64,000 nucleotides of DNA from Macrostomum lignano (GCA_002269645.1 NIVC01000854.1:248001-312000), one strand, 5' to 3'. Shown: positions 35,861 to 51,362, numbered from the stretch's first letter. Program-made: numbers and translations. Notes: generated by a model from the letters alone, not told the origin.

Positions 35861-37088
35861 GTAATTAAAGGGTCCCCCAGTCCTTGCACTCAACAGCCGT
35901 ACGCATGGCCTTCAGTGGATGCACCCTGAGCTGAGCTGTCATTACACATCTGTCCATTTAGGGCAGGTTATATAATCAGAATTGTTATTATTCAGTGATA
36001 TGGACGTCGAGCATAGGCTAGAATGAGTTCATACTTTACCTATGCTTTTCATAGATTCGCTCACTGTGCAGCGCAGTGGAATTAGACCTCTCACTTCTCA
36101 GACCAGCTGATAGAGATACTAGACGTTGCTCAGCTCAGCAGCGACAGCCGCAATCCAGACAGGGTGTCGGGCGCTGACTGCAGCTTCGATTCCGGAAGGC
36201 TGCCTAATCAAATTTTAAAGCAGCTGATTGTGGATCTGCCATCACTGTTCCAAGCAAAGGATGAGCTGCCACCAATTAAATAACCTGCGGTCGCACCTGA
36301 CCCTCTGGCATGCGCTAATTAAGCTCCCGCGGCCTCCGACTCTGGCGCGTTGATCGTCCAGCATTGATATTGGGGCCTAAAAATCTAGCAGTGGCGCCTT
36401 TGATCCTTATTCGAGACGTTGACAGGCATCACCTGATCAATCAGACGTTTAAGTAGCTTACATGTAATCACTCCATTACTGGTAATTTATATTTACACTC
36501 GTTCCCGACCAAATAATTCCAAGCATTTACCTGACTTATTCAGTGGATAAGAAAGTGTAAATCAAACTTTCTGTTAATTTCAAAAGTAAAAAAGCTTTTA
36601 AACCATTTCCATTAGGTCAAGTGATTCTCCATTCAACGACAATTTTTCCCGCAAACAGTTTAAAGAAATACAATTGAGAACGCTCGACAAATTGAATCAG
36701 CTGCATGCTGTCCTTAGTTTTGGAGAGTATCGCAGACCTAGAATTCTTTATCTTATAACAGCTGCTGCACATGCTGAATAGGCTCTTGTGAAATTGCGGA
36801 TGCAGCTGCATGAACTCAGCTGTAAAATATTGCAGAGACGTTTATAATGCACTCTTCCGGAATCGCAAGAAAATATCGTCTTCTACAAATATGCTGCTTG
36901 AGTTGTGCGAGCTTATATTGTGGCAGAAGTATTGAAAAAGGGGAAATTTTTATTTAAAAACCAGTAGCTCTAACGCACATGCAGATAAGTATAGGAAATT
37001 GTCAAATTAGTAAGTTTCACCGAAATTTCAACCGGCCCCTTCCAACTTTCAAGGTCCTCCAACTAGAGCAACCAATAAACTAACCAAG

Positions 37089-37520
<432 letters not shown>

Positions 37521-37858
37521 ATACTCACTCTTAGCTCAGGCACTAGTCAGAGAAGAACAGGAAGCCGAGCAAACGGAGGGGGGGCTTGCAAGCTGAGTGT
37601 ACAGCTGCAGGCACTGCACATGGCCGGGGAATGCCCTACCCACCTCCCCGTACGCCTATCCAGTCCGTCGCCTAAGTACACGACAGCTATAATAAAACTC
37701 CCAGTCCCAGCTAACTTCCTCTGGCGCTATTCCTCTCCCATGCATCCCTTAAAGCAGACGGAGGAGCATTGGAATCCTTCCCAGTTTTTCTGTATGAAGA
37801 GAATTAGTCCATCCTGACCGACGAGCCGAGGCACACACAGTTACAAATACCTGAAGCA

Positions 37859-40089
37859 ATGACAGAAGCAAGTAAGAACGTGGAGCAGCAGCAGCAACAG
37901 CAGCAGAAAAAGCAACAACTAACTCGCCAGGAGAAAGATTTGTGCAACAAGAAACGACGCGAATTGAGCCTCATCACTAAGAGGCTGGAAGTGTCTGCCG
38001 AATTGAAGATAAAAATTATTCTAGTCGGTAATTCGTCTGTTGGCAAAACCAGTCTTATCCATAAATTTGTGGATGACAAAGCGGACATCAGGACTACTGA
38101 GGTCACAATGCTGTGCGACTTTTATCACTGCCTGGTGCCGCTTACTGGCAGGGCGGTTCACATTCGAATCTGGGACACGGGAGGGATGGTGAGAGATGGC
38201 ATCGAATGAGTACTTATGGATGTGCTTTTCTGTACTGTGACAGCTGTATTGGCTGAGAGTGGTCTGTAATCAGTGTTCGGAAGTGACTGAGAGTGGTCTG
38301 TAATCAATGTTCGGTAGTGTCTGAGAGCGGTCTGTAATCAATGTTCGGTAGTGTCTGAGAGCGGTCTGTAGTCAGTGTTCGGTAGTGTCTGAGAGCGGTC
38401 TGTAATCAGTGTTCGGAAGTGACTGAGAGCGGTCTGTAATCAGTGTTCGGTAGTGACTGAGAGCGGTCTGTAATCAGTGTTCGGTAGTGACTGAAAGCGG
38501 TCTGTAATCAGTGTTTGATAGTGTCTGAGAGCGGTCTGTAATCAGTGTTCGGTAGTGACTGAGAGCGGTCTGTAATCAGTGTTCGGTAGTGACTGAGAGC
38601 GGTCTGTAATCAATGTTCGGTAGTGTCTGAGAGCGGTCTGTAATCAGTGTTCGGTAGTGACTAAGAGCGATCTGTAATCAGTGCTCGGTAGTGTCTGAGA
38701 GCGGTCTGTAATCAGTGCTCGGTAGTGTCTGAGAGCGGTCTGTAATCAGTGTTCGGTAGTGTCTGAGAGCGGTCTGTAATCAGTGCTCGGTAGTGTCTGA
38801 GAGCGGTCTGTAATCAGTGTTCGGTAGTGTCTGAGAGCGGTCTGTAATCAGTGTTCGGTAGTGTCTGAGAGCGGTCTGTAATCAGTGTTCGGTAGTGTCT
38901 GAGAGCGGTCTGTAATCAGTGTTCGGTAGTGTCTGAGAGCGGTCTGTAATCAGTGCTCGGTAGTGTCTGAGAGCGGTCTGTAATCAGTGTTCGGTAGTGA
39001 CTGAGAGCGGTCTGTAATCAGTGTTCGGTAGTGTCTGAGAGCGGTCTGTAATCAGTGTTCGGTAGTGACTGAGAGCGGTCTGTAATCAGTGTTCGGTAGT
39101 GTCTGAGAGCGGTCTGTAATCAGTGATCGGTAGTCACTTACAAGTAAGTATTTTGGCATTTTACACGAACAGGAGCGCTTCCACGACTCCAACTTGACCG
39201 CCAACTTCTATCGCAACTCCGACGGTGTGCTGCTGGTATTCTCTGTAAACGACCTCGATTCATTCAACAGTTTGCCGCGTTGGCTCGAAAGGGTGAGACG
39301 GAGTTTTTCTTGTGTTCTTTGACCTGATGCAGCTGTCCATTCAGGTTTAGACAATAATTACACCTGCACTAATGGCCAGATGTGCAACCGACAGCTCAGT
39401 CGCAGCTACTGCGCGGCACATCAGAAGGCTGCGTACGGCTGTTCAGTCCAATGACTGGGGGGGTTTCGAAACACACACACTCAATTACCCCAGCTATGCT
39501 GGCACCCATTTTACAGCTGGGTGAACTGAAGCAATACAGAGTTAAGTGTCTCGCTCAAGGACACAAATTGTTCCAGTGGGATCGAAAATCGAACCCCCAA
39601 CCTTCTAGTCGTGATTCCGACGATCTAGGCTGAAAACCAGGCGTAGAGGATAATTCGAAGAGTGGAATGAAGTTTTCTGTAATTCAGATGCACTACATGT
39701 ACGTGCATCTCAAGCCTATTGACTTTGATTGCCTCAGCAAACAGGGCTACCCAAACGTCTCCCAGGTTCGTCAAAACGTCGGCCAGAGCAGCCAATTTGA
39801 CTGCGGCATCATCGGCAACAAGTCGGACTTGTCCGAGCAGCGCCATGTGTCCCACCAAGACGCGCAGCGATACGCCAACCAGCTGGGATTCACCTACATC
39901 GAAACCTCCGCTCTGGACGTTGTCAACGTACAGAAGGCGTTCACGGATCTCGCGCTGGCCGTGATCAGGCGCAACCAGACCGCTCAGCAGCTGGCTGGGG
40001 CCTCTCAGCAACAGTTGGAGAAGCCGCTGCGGCTGTTCCGGAGGGCAGAGAGCGGCGACCCAGCCAACAGGGCCTGCGGCTGCGGCTGA
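37859..40089 (+). CDS. Atypical Rab-family small GTPase, 3 exons, about 257 aa
   Basis: Exons 37859-38188, 39173-39292, 39766-40089. G1 GNSSVGKTS, G3 WDTGGMERF, FYRNSDGVLLVF, G4 NKSD, G5 ETSA, C-terminal CGCG. Confidence 0.9.
38230..39137. repeat. 34-bp minisatellite (GAGAGCGGTCTGTAATCAGTGTTCGGTAGTGTCT), Rab intron 1
   Basis: About 26 units. Confidence 0.95.
39352..39632 (-). mobile_element. CORE-like SINE copy in Rab intron 2
   Basis: Near-colinear with 2598-2904; head partly decayed. Confidence 0.85.
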
Positions 40090-40156
40090 GCCGAGGGCCG
40101 CATGCGGTTTTGCACACGATGAGACTTTCCCGCGTGACACGGTGAATAACCGTAAA

Positions 40157-40730
40157 GGGAGATTAGACCCATCGACATCTATTGGGAGATTAGACCCATC
40201 GACATCTATTGGGAGATTAGACCCATCGACATCTATTGCGAGATTAGACCCATCGACATCTATTGGGAGATTAGACCCATCGACATCTATTGGGAGATTA
40301 GACCTATCTCGACATCTATTAGGAGATTAGACCCATCGACATCTATTGGGAGATTAGACCCATCGACATCTATTGGGAGATCAGACCCACCGACATCTAA
40401 TGGGAGATTAGACCCCAACGACATCTATTGGGAGATTAGACCCCAACAACATCTATTGGGAGATTAGACCCCAACGACATCTATTGGGAGATTAGACCCC
40501 AACAACATCTATTGGGAGATTAGACCCCAACAACATCTATTGGGAGATTAGACCCCAACAACATCTATTGGGAGATTAGACCCCAACAACATCTATTGGG
40601 AGATTAGACCCTAACAACATCTATTGGGAGATTAGACCCCAACAACATCTATTGGGAGATTAGACCCTAACAACATCTATTGGGAGATAAGACCCTAACA
40701 ACATCTATTGGGAGATTAGACCCCGTCGAC
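40157..40730. repeat. 27/28-bp minisatellite (GGGAGATTAGACCCATCGACATCTATT)
   Basis: About 20 units with a progressive shift to a CCCAACAAC variant. Confidence 0.95.
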
Positions 40731-41171
40731 CACTGTAAGCGAAAGAAAAATGTGATTCGTACAAATTATAAATTTCTTAACTTTAATTAAACAAGTCTGC
40801 AAATTTTGATGTCAATAAAATTTTACTTATTTTCAAAGCAAGTTTTCAAACCAGTCTAAGGACCCCTTCTATCCAATTCATGCATTCATACCATGACGTC
40901 ATGACGTATTTGCATATTCAAGATTCGCTGGTTAAACTAAACTATTTTGAACTGCTTCCATAAGGTAATTCAGTGGTATTATGATATTTGATATTATTCA
41001 GAGAATTGTTTGCTAATTTTGAATACGTACTGTAGCTATTTTAAAACTGGCTTGGTATAACAAAGCAGCTAATTTTTATATTATTCAGCTACCGATAATT
41101 GAGAATATAAAGAAACGGGATCACATCTTAAATTTGAGTATATGACTCACCGATCGTAAGTCTATTTTGAC

Positions 41172-41890
41172 TAGTCAGTCAGTCAGTCAGTCAGTCAGTC
41201 AGTCAGTCAGTCAGTCAGTCAGTCAGTCAGTCAGTCAGTCAGTCAGTCAGTCAGTCAGTCAGTCAGTCAGTCAGTCAGTCAGTCAGTCAGTCAGTCAGTC
41301 AGTCAGTCAGTCAGTCAGTCAGTCAGTCAGTCAGTCAGTCAGTCAGTCAGTCAGTCAGTCAGTCAGTCAGTCAGTCAGTCAGGTTGTGTATTTGCTGTTG
41401 TGCCTGTGCTGTTGTGCCTGTGCTGTTGTGCCTGTGCTGTTGTGCCTGTGCTGTTGTGCCTGTGCCGTTGTCTCTTTGGTGTTGTGTCGTTGCTGTTGTG
41501 CCTGTGCTGTTGTGTCTGTGCTGTTGTGTCGTTGCTGTTGTGCCTGTGCTGTTGTCTCTTTGCTGTTGTGTTTGTCTCTTTGCTGTTGTGTTTGTGTCTT
41601 TGCTGTTGTGTCTGTGCTGTTGTGTCTGTGCTGTTGTGTCGTTGCTGTTGTGCCTGTGCTGTTGTGTCTGTGCTGTTGTGTCGTTGCTGTTGTGCCTGTG
41701 CTGTTGTGCCTGTGCTGTTGTGCCTGTGCTGTTGTGCCTGTGCTGTTGTGCCTGTGCCGTTGTCTCTTTGGTGTTGTGTCGTTGCTGTTGTGCCTGTGCT
41801 GTTGTCTCTTTGCTGTTGTGTCGTTGCCGTTGTCTCTTTGGTGTTGTGTCGTTGCTGTTGTGCCTGTGCTGTTGTGTCTGTGCTGTTGTG
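41172..41890. repeat. (AGTC)n microsatellite followed by a CTGTGCTGTTGTG-type complex repeat
   Basis: Directly visible. Confidence 0.95.
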
Positions 41891-42349
41891 TAGAGAGCTG
41901 GCCTTCAATTACGTGAATCGCACATGAGACATGACGTCAAACGTGAGCCACTGGCAAATTTTCGTGAACAGTGGGGCTTTCTAATAAAGCTGCATTTTAT
42001 AGCTAAAATGAATTTTTGACAAAAATTGGAATTTCCTATCTTTTTGCTAATTGCAAAATAAAATGCCTTTTATTTTGTCACGGAGAAGCCTTGTTGGAAG
42101 ACCGTGACAGTCCTGGCTCAATGTTTGCATGTCAAACAAAGCCAGCTGGGCTATCAGTAAAAGCTTTCTAACGTGAGCAAGTGATATTTGCTGCAGATAC
42201 CTTATCAACGCGTCGGCTGAAATTACCGAGTACGGTATTCATCTTCTTACACAGCGGATGTACGAGCTAACTGCAAATTATGCAGCCATGAAGCCATGTT
42301 TATACTTGTAGCTAGCTACTGTTGGCACGAATTCTCAAGGCTTTAGGGA

Positions 42350-42970
42350 AATTGCTGAGATGCCAAGGCTCGTGGAGATTGCTGAGATGCCAAGGCTCAT
42401 GGGGAGATTGCTGAGATGCCAAGGCTCATGGGGAGTTTGCTGAGATGCCATGGCTCATGGGGAGATTGCTGAGATGCCATGGCTCGTGGGAGATTGCTGA
42501 GATGCCAAGGCTCGTGGGAGATTGCTGAGATGCCAAGGCTCATGGGGAGATTGCTGAGATGCCATGGCTCATGGGGAGATTGCTGAGATGCCATGGCTCA
42601 TGGGGAGATTGCTGAGATGTCAAGGCTCGTGGGAGATTGCTGAGATGCCATGGCTCATGGGGAGATTGCTGAGATGCCATGGCTCATGGGGAGATTGCTG
42701 AGATGCCAAGGCTCATGGGGAGATTGCTAAGATGCCAAGGCTCGTGGGAGATTGCTGAGATGCCAAGGCTCATGGGGAGATTGCTAAGATGCCATGGCTC
42801 ATGGGGAGATTGCTGAGATGCCATGGCTCATGGGGAGATTGCTGAGATGCCAAGGCTCGTGGGAGATTGCTGAGATGCCATGGCTCATGGGGAGATTGCT
42901 GAGATGCCATGGCTCATGGGGAGATTGCTGAGATGCCATGGCTCATGGGGAGATTGCTAAGATGCCAAGG
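42350..42970. repeat. 29-30-bp minisatellite (GGGAGATTGCTGAGATGCCATGGCTCATG)
   Basis: About 20 units. Confidence 0.95.
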
Positions 42971-43139
42971 CTTTGCTGATATCTTAGGGTTTTCCAGCTT
43001 TAAACGCTACATTAAAGAAGCTAACAGACACAGTGACTGTCCAAGGTTTTTATTCAAATTTCTTTGCTGCCTCGCCAACAAAGGAATTTGATTTTTAGTC
43101 TGGCCGCTTAAATGTTGGCCCTCATGAATGTTAAACGTA

Positions 43140-43870
43140 CTCAGCAAGCAACTAGACTCAGCAAGCAACTAGACTCAGCAAGCAACTAGACTCAGCAAAC
43201 TCAGCAACTAGACTCAGCAAACTCAGAAACTAGACTCAGCAAACTCAGAAACTAGACTCAGCAAAATCAGAAACTAGACTCAGCAAGCAACTAGACTCAG
43301 CAAACTCAGCAACTAGACTCAGCAAACTCAGAAACTAGACTCAGCAAACTAGACTCAGCAAACTTTGAAACTAGACTCAGCAAAATCAGAAACTAGACTC
43401 AGCAAACTCAGAAACTAGACTCAGCAAACTCAGCAACTAGACTCAGCAAACTAGACTCAGCAAACTCTGAAACTAGACTCAGCAAACTCAGCAACTAGAC
43501 TTAGCAAACTCAGCAACTAGACTCAGCAAACTCAGAAACTAGACTCAGCAAACTCAGAAACTAGACTCAGCAAACTCAGAAACTAGACTCAGCAAACTAG
43601 ACTCAGCAAACTCTGAAACTAGACTCAGCAAACTCAGCAACTAGACTTAGCAAACTCAGCAACTAGACTCAGCAAACTCAGAAACTAGACTCAGCAAACT
43701 CAGAAACTAAGACTCAGCAAACTCAGCAACTAGACTCAGCAAACTCAGCAACTAGACTCAACAAACTCAGCAACTTGACTCAGCAAACTCAGCATGCAAC
43801 TAGACTCAGCAAACTCAGCAACTTGACTCAGCAAACCCATCAACTAGACTCAGCAAACTCAGCAATTTTA
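43140..43870. repeat. Minisatellite (GACTCAGCAAACTCAGAAACTA-type)
   Basis: About 30 variable units. Confidence 0.95.
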
Positions 43871-44243
43871 GACTCATCAACGGTGTCTAAATTGGTGCAA
43901 CTTTTGATTAAAAAAACTGAGGGGCAGTTTATTTTAAATTGATTTTTTTAGAAATTTAGACTATTTGATTGAATAAAATAGCTCGCAAGTTTAGAGTAAC
44001 TCCAGAGGTCTAAAAGTGATCTGAAATGTCTTGGAGAGTCCAGGAATGTCAATAATATCCTGGGAATGTCAGGAGCACGCCCATGAATTAAAAAAGTCCA
44101 TTCATGATGCCGGAGAAAGTCTGGGGATGCCAGAGCAGGCATCGTGTGTGCCAGGGAATGTAAAAGTTCATTCAGTAATGGTGAAATTCCGTCACTACTC
44201 CCATGATCCCAGACTGCACAGCGATTGTTGTCATCAACTTCTC

Positions 44244-45349
<1,106 letters not shown>

Positions 45350-45813
45350 AGTTTCAGGCACGAGTTCGAAAAACTCCAAAAAATTTCTGTACAATTTCAC
45401 TGGAAGGAAGGCTTTTTTATATTAATAGAATCGCCGATCCAATCAGAATTTCTTTAATAATGGGACTTCTGCTAGAGAGGCTCTCTGTATTGACAGATTT
45501 GACCACTTTGGTCACGTCGTGCTACTTACAATGCAGTAGAATTTACAGAATATAACTTTAAGCAGCAGGTAAGCATCGTAAAAGTTTGACAATCCAGAAG
45601 TTGTCGCATGCAGTGACTCTCAGAAAGTTTAAGAGTCGTCAGAAATTCTCCCAGAGCAAAGATGACATCCGATAACAAAACTAGGAACAATGACTAAAGT
45701 AACGAAGAATAGAAGAGGTACATGTAGTTTAAAAATATAGTTGATTGCTCTGTCTGTTAAGTAATCTAGGGGTTAATTCTCGCACAATGACCGACTTCGT
45801 CACTTCCAGCGAG

Positions 45814-48800
45814 TCACGGCTGTCGGCTCCGCACCGACTCTTCCAGACGGCGAATTCTCGAGTAGACTTCGTCCCAGCGCAGGTAGGCGCCCTCCAGGTG
45901 TCGTTCGGCGGTGCCGTGCACTGTGTAGGAGTTGCGACCGTGCAGCACTCGGCGGTTGTCGAAGGTGACAATGTCACCTGCGGGGTCGTGTGGCCAGGCA
46001 TTGTGAGTGGTGGATCACGAGTAGCCTTTGCAATTTAGATGCTTTATTTCTGTTGTGATTTTCTTTGAAAACAATTAGATTCTAATGCAAGTGATTAGGG
46101 TTTTATTTACCTAGTATTTAATTAAGGAACAAGAAATATTCAGTGCTACAGATCAAATGCAATCATTGATTTTGTGATGAAAAAAAGAAAATTTTCCCAT
46201 CTCCGCAGTGTATTTTTTCTTGGAAATTGGCCTTCAAAAATGACACGATCTTTGATTTTTACGTCCTGTTATGCTGCAGTGATGGCCCTGACTCTCTAAT
46301 CGTTAAGTACGTACACTGAAGAGCTCACCTTCTTTGAGTTTGGTAAAAACTGAGCACTGCTTCCCATGCAGCAGGGTGTCAAAGGCTTTCAAAGCGTCAT
46401 AGAAGAGCTGCACCTGGTACGCGGGCATGTTCAGGTAAGTGTCGCGCACCTGATTGTTGTAGCAGATCATCTCGTATTCACCGTCACTGGTCAAACTGGA
46501 AATGTTTGGTTGGGAAAATTGAGGTTTCTAAGCTAAGTATAAATTATATTGGAACTTTAATGATCAAATCAACTCGAATTCTGCTCATGACAGCGCTGGA
46601 CTTCTCGAATAAACTTCTCAAACTAGATGTTGTCATGAGCAAGCATCGTTCGAGGGCCTGAAGGGTTGTATTTTTCTGACAGAACGAGTTTCTTCTTTCA
46701 GCAAGGAAAAGCTAGAAAATTTGAGCTCTTGAAGCAAAGATGGAAAGAAAATTTAATTGACATTGAAGACCCTGGATAAATACTAGTTGCTTGAATACAT
46801 TTTGTTAATTTTTTCATGACCCAACAGGCAAAGGCCTGCTGAAGCCAGAACAAAAACTGCAGAGCTCCCTGACCTCCCCTCTCACGCCGTCCTCACCTGA
46901 TAACCCGCTGTCGGCAGAGCATGTGGAAGTCAGCCAGGTGGTCAGTTCCATAGTCGTAGAAGTCAACTAGACGAGTTGTCAGCATCTTGTACGCCTCCGG
47001 GTTGGCCACCTTCAACAGGTTGGCGGCGTGGAAGCCATCGGAGAAGAAGTTCTCGCCGCCTGTGATGTTGTCGGACTGGGCGAGGCAGTGCAGCAGCTGG
47101 ATCTGAATAGGATGATGAAGATGCTGTGCTGCGAAAGGAAGCTGATTTATTTCCATCAAATTCTGTCACTCAGCATGTACATGTACTTCAGTTTATATCC
47201 TGCTTTCTCGATTTCTGTACATGTGCATCTTGCTGCAGTGCCTCTGGTGCTGGCGCCCCTTGGTGCTAAAGCCCCTTGGTGCTGGCGCACCTGGTGCTGG
47301 CGCCCCTGGTACTGGCGCCCCTGGTGCTGGCGCCCCTTGGTGCTGGGGCCCCTTGGTGCTGGCGCCCCTTGGTGCTGGGGCCCCTTGGTGCTGGCGCCCC
47401 TTGGTGCTGGCGCCCCTTGGTGCTGGCGCCCCTTGGTGCTGGCGCCCCTTGGTGCTGGCGCCCCTTGGTGCTGGCGCACCTGGTGCTGGCGCCCCTGGTA
47501 CTGGCGCCCCTGGTGCTGGCGCCCCTGGTACTGGCGCCCCTGGTGCTGGCGCCCCTTGGTGCTGGGGCCCCTTGGTGCTGGCGCCCCTTGGTGCTGGCGC
47601 CCCTTGGTGCTGGCGCCCCTTGGTGCTGGCGCCCCTTGGTGCTGGCGCCCCTTGGTGCTGGCGCCCCTTGGTGCTGGCGCCCCTTGGTGCTGGCGCCCCT
47701 TGGTGCTGGCGCCCCTTGGTGCTGGCGCACCTGGTGCTGGCGCCCCTGGTACTGGCGCCCCTGGTGCTGGCGCCCCTGGTGCTGGCGCCCCTTGGTGCTG
47801 GCGCCCCTTGGTGCTGGCGCCCCTTGGTGCTGGCGCCCCTTGGTGCTGGAGCCCCTGGTGCTGGCGCCCCTGGTGCTGGCGCCCCTTGGTGCTGGCGCCC
47901 CTTGGTGCTGGCGCCCCTTGGTGCTGGCGCCCCTTGGTGCTGGCGCCCCTTGGTGCTGGCGCCCCTTGGTGCTGGCGCCCCTTGGTGCTGGCGCCCCTTG
48001 GTGCTGGAGCCCCTGGTGCTGGCGCCCCTGGTGCTGGCGCCCCTGGTGCTGGCGCCCCTGGTGCTGGCGCCCCTGGTGCTGGCGCCCCTTGGTGCTGGCG
48101 CCCCTTGGTGCTGGCGCTCCTTGGTGCTGGCGCCCCTGGTGCTGGCGCCCCTTGGTGCTGGCGCCCCTGGTGCTGGCGCCCCTTGGTGCTGGCGCCCCTG
48201 GTGCTGGCGCCCCTTGGTGCTGGCGCCCCTGGTGCTGGCGCCCCTTGGTGCTTAAGCCCCTGGGGAAGCATTTGGTCAAATTTCACAGAGACTTACCCCG
48301 GGTGGGTCTTTGTAGAACGGCAAGTCTACGTGAAGGCCCAACCTGGCTGGTGTGTAGGCCAGGTTGCTGGGATTCAGCTTGCTCTTCACTGTGAAGGTCG
48401 TGCCATAGTTGGTCTCCATGGGGAAGGCCACGCGGTTGCACAAGTCGGTGACCGCCCGAAGTCCTTCAGCGCCGGCGATGGGAGCGCCTTCGACCACAGT
48501 CAGGCCGAAGGCTTCCATGTCGTTGAGAAACTGCAGCAGACTGGAGTCCGACTTCATCAACTGTGGAAAGGCATGGTGCACAAATTCAGTGATACATCAT
48601 GGATCATTGAGATCAATACAGATATGTGTCATTATTGAGATCAATACAGATATGTGTCATTATTGAGATCAATACAGGTGTGTGTCACTATTGAGATCAA
48701 TGCAGGTATGTGTCACTAATGAGATCAATGCAGGTATGTGTCACTATTGAGGTCAATGCAGGTATGTGTCACTATTGAGGTCAATGCAGGTATGTGTCAC

Positions 48801-51362
48801 TAATGAGATCAATGCAGGTATGTGTCACTAATGAGATCAATGCAGGTATGTGTCACTATTGAGATCAATGCAGGTATGTGTCATTATTGAGATCAATGCA
48901 GGTATGTGTCATTATTGAGATCAATACAGGTATTGTATTGTTAGATATCATTTAGCATGAGTAAAGTTTAAAGAAAGTATGAAAATAGAGGAAGGAATCC
49001 TCCAGATCTCATGGGAAAATATGGGAGGGGATCCTACAGTGGTCTGGATCTGAGTGGACACAAGCCGAGACTAAACTCTGCATGGCCTCCTTCTAAAGAT
49101 GATTGAGTCGAGTCTTTATGCGTCTGTGTGCCCGGAGAAACAATCTAATTCTGCCTTGACTTGGATTTGTCTGCTGCAAGCCTTTAAAGCCGCTCCGGAA
49201 TCTCGATACGTTTATGTGGTCAGCAAATTGGCAAAGGTACTTGGATTTGTCTGCTGCAAGCCTTTGAAGCCGCTCCGGAATCTCGATACGTTTATGTGGT
49301 CAGCAAATTGGCAAATTTATGCGGACACAGTCGGATGTACTTTTGCGTTTAGTATGTATGAATATAGCCTTGAGAATATGCGTGACTAGAGCAAGGGGCG
49401 TGCCCAGTGCTTAGCTAAATCAAAAGCCCGGGGGATTTCTAAGGGATCAAGGGTACTGAAGAGTATTACAGTACTAGCACTGCAATTTGATTTCCAAACA
49501 TCATGGTTCAATTGGGATAAGCCACAAGCCCAGTGCATATAATTGATTGGTAACAGGCCGAGTATTTGTTAGAATGTTACTGTAACCGAAATTTTAAAAC
49601 AACACCGAAGGGAAAAAAAGCTGCTGCTCCTGTGTACATTTTGGGGACAGAGATTGACAGAAAGCAGCAGTGTACTTTCGGGACAATGATTGAGACGAAG
49701 CTACAGTGCACATTGGGGACAGAGATTTATAGAACGCTACAGTGTACATTCGGGGCAGAGATTTATAGAAAGCTACAGTGTACTTTGGGGACAGATTTAT
49801 AGAAAGCTACAGTGTACATTGGGGGCAGAGATTTATAGAAAGCTACAGTGTACATTGGGGGCAGAGATTTATAGAAAGCTACAGTGTACTTTGGGGACAG
49901 ATTTATAGAACGCTACAGTGTACATTGGGGGCAGAGATTGAAAGGAAGCTACAGTGTACTTTGGGGACAGAAATTTAGAGAACGCTACAGTGTACACTCG
50001 GGGCAGAGATTTATAGAAAGCTACAGTGTACTTTAGGGACAGATTTATAGAACGCTACAGTGTACATTGGGGGCAGAGATTGAAAGGAAGCTACTGTGTA
50101 AATTGGGGGCAGAGATTGAGCTAGAGGAAGCTACTGTGTAAATTGGGGGCAGAGATTGAGAGGAAGCGACAGTGTAAATTTGAGACAGATACTGAGGAGA
50201 CTTCGTTCTACGTTGAAGAGAGTTTGAGAGTAACCTATATCAACAATGTACGTATGAACCAGGTTTAGAGTGGAGCTAAGAGTATAGGGAAATATTTTAG
50301 AGTCATTAGCTGGTTTAGTTAATAATCAGTTGACCTGTAACCTACCTGATCAAACGGATGCCTGCGGATGACGTAATCAGATCCCCACAGCTCGTGCTTG
50401 CCGCTGTACCACAGGCTCCTCTGCTGCTGCGATTCTGAGTCAAAGCTGCGCCGCATCAGCCATTCGTATTTGTAAGTGCTCACGTGACCGTCCGACCAGG
50501 TGACGCTGCAGGTTTTGCTGGCATCGTCGAACTAGATAGAAGAGTACCAATAATAAGTGCATTAAATAACAGAATGCTTTGTACTTCTCAAGGTCAGAGT
50601 TTTGACGCTGAAAATATCGTCATTCAAAAACTAAAGTTAAAGTACATTTAACATTAATTGCCCTTGTTCTAACCTCTGCGTGTCGTCTACAAGGCTCATA
50701 AAAGGCACGCTTCAGCAAGCATAAAAGTCGAGATAAAGGCTCCTCACGCTCCTCTATACATTTTATTAGATTCCAGTGACGCGATAAGCCAATCTGAACT
50801 TCGGCGGTGACGTCTGATCCTTAGCGGTGTTCAAACTTTGAATCGCGATTTGGTTTATCGGAACGGTTTCTGTGTTAGCATTTTGCAGTCTGGAAAAGCA
50901 CTCGAATTTGCTTAACCGTATGAGACATTTGACCGAGAAGACCTTGATAATGAACGTCGTGGAGACGAACCACTCAAAATAGGGCTATTCGTAAACTAGA
51001 ACTCGGAACTGTGATTCAATTGTCAGTTTCAGCTGAGCTCAATTCACAAGCTGTTGGGGTCTCACCTGGACGCTGTCAGCGCCAATCTTCGGATCGAAGT
51101 TCTCCATCAGCTGCAGCCGGGACAGCGTGTCGGGATGGAAGCAACCGCTGCACTGACAGTTGTCCCGCAGCCAGGCCAACGGCAGCAGACTGTCCCGACG
51201 CGACTTGTCCGACCACCGAACCGTCAGCAGGCGCTTCTGCTTGTCAACTGATCCGACTGTGGTTGCTAGGGCTCGCCTCAGCGTTGACGAAGCAGCAAGC
51301 CCGGGTCCCTGTTTGCCAAGGACAATTTGTCGACCAATGAATCGAAGTGTAGCCATGGCCAT
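45814..51362 (-). CDS. BBOX1: Gamma-butyrobetaine dioxygenase-like (TauD/BBOX family), 6 exons, 427 aa
   Basis: Exons 51362-51066, 50531-50346, 48560-48297, 47102-46897, 46495-46329, 45977-45814 give 1284 nt in frame. WLRDNCQC..C (Zn site), LHVDLPFY..PPGIQLLHC (HxD), GGENFFSDGF, FDNRRVLHGR. BBOX1 versus TMLHE not formally tested. Confidence 0.88.
47245..48255. repeat. 16-17-bp minisatellite (CTTGGTGCTGGCGCCC), BBOX intron 3
   Basis: About 60 units; source of many spurious ORFs. Confidence 0.97.
48595..48930. repeat. 28-29-bp minisatellite (TTGAGATCAATGCAGGTATGTGTCACTA), BBOX intron 2
   Basis: About 11 units. Confidence 0.95.
49640..50185. repeat. About 35-bp minisatellite (GGGGCAGAGATTTATAGAAAGCTACAGTGTACATT), BBOX intron 2
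   Basis: About 15 units. Confidence 0.93.

Noticed and set aside
41167-41927. Cys-rich and Gln/Thr-rich ORFs
   Set aside because: Simple-sequence repeats with no start or splice context
47028-48638. 300-500-aa ORFs (GAPWCWRPLVLA, GRQHQGAPAP)
   Set aside because: Open in nearly all frames because the repeat lacks stops; lies inside BBOX intron 3
48595-48930. Repeat unit containing CAG|GTATGT splice-donor consensus
   Set aside because: Antisense to BBOX, with no evidence of a plus-strand transcript
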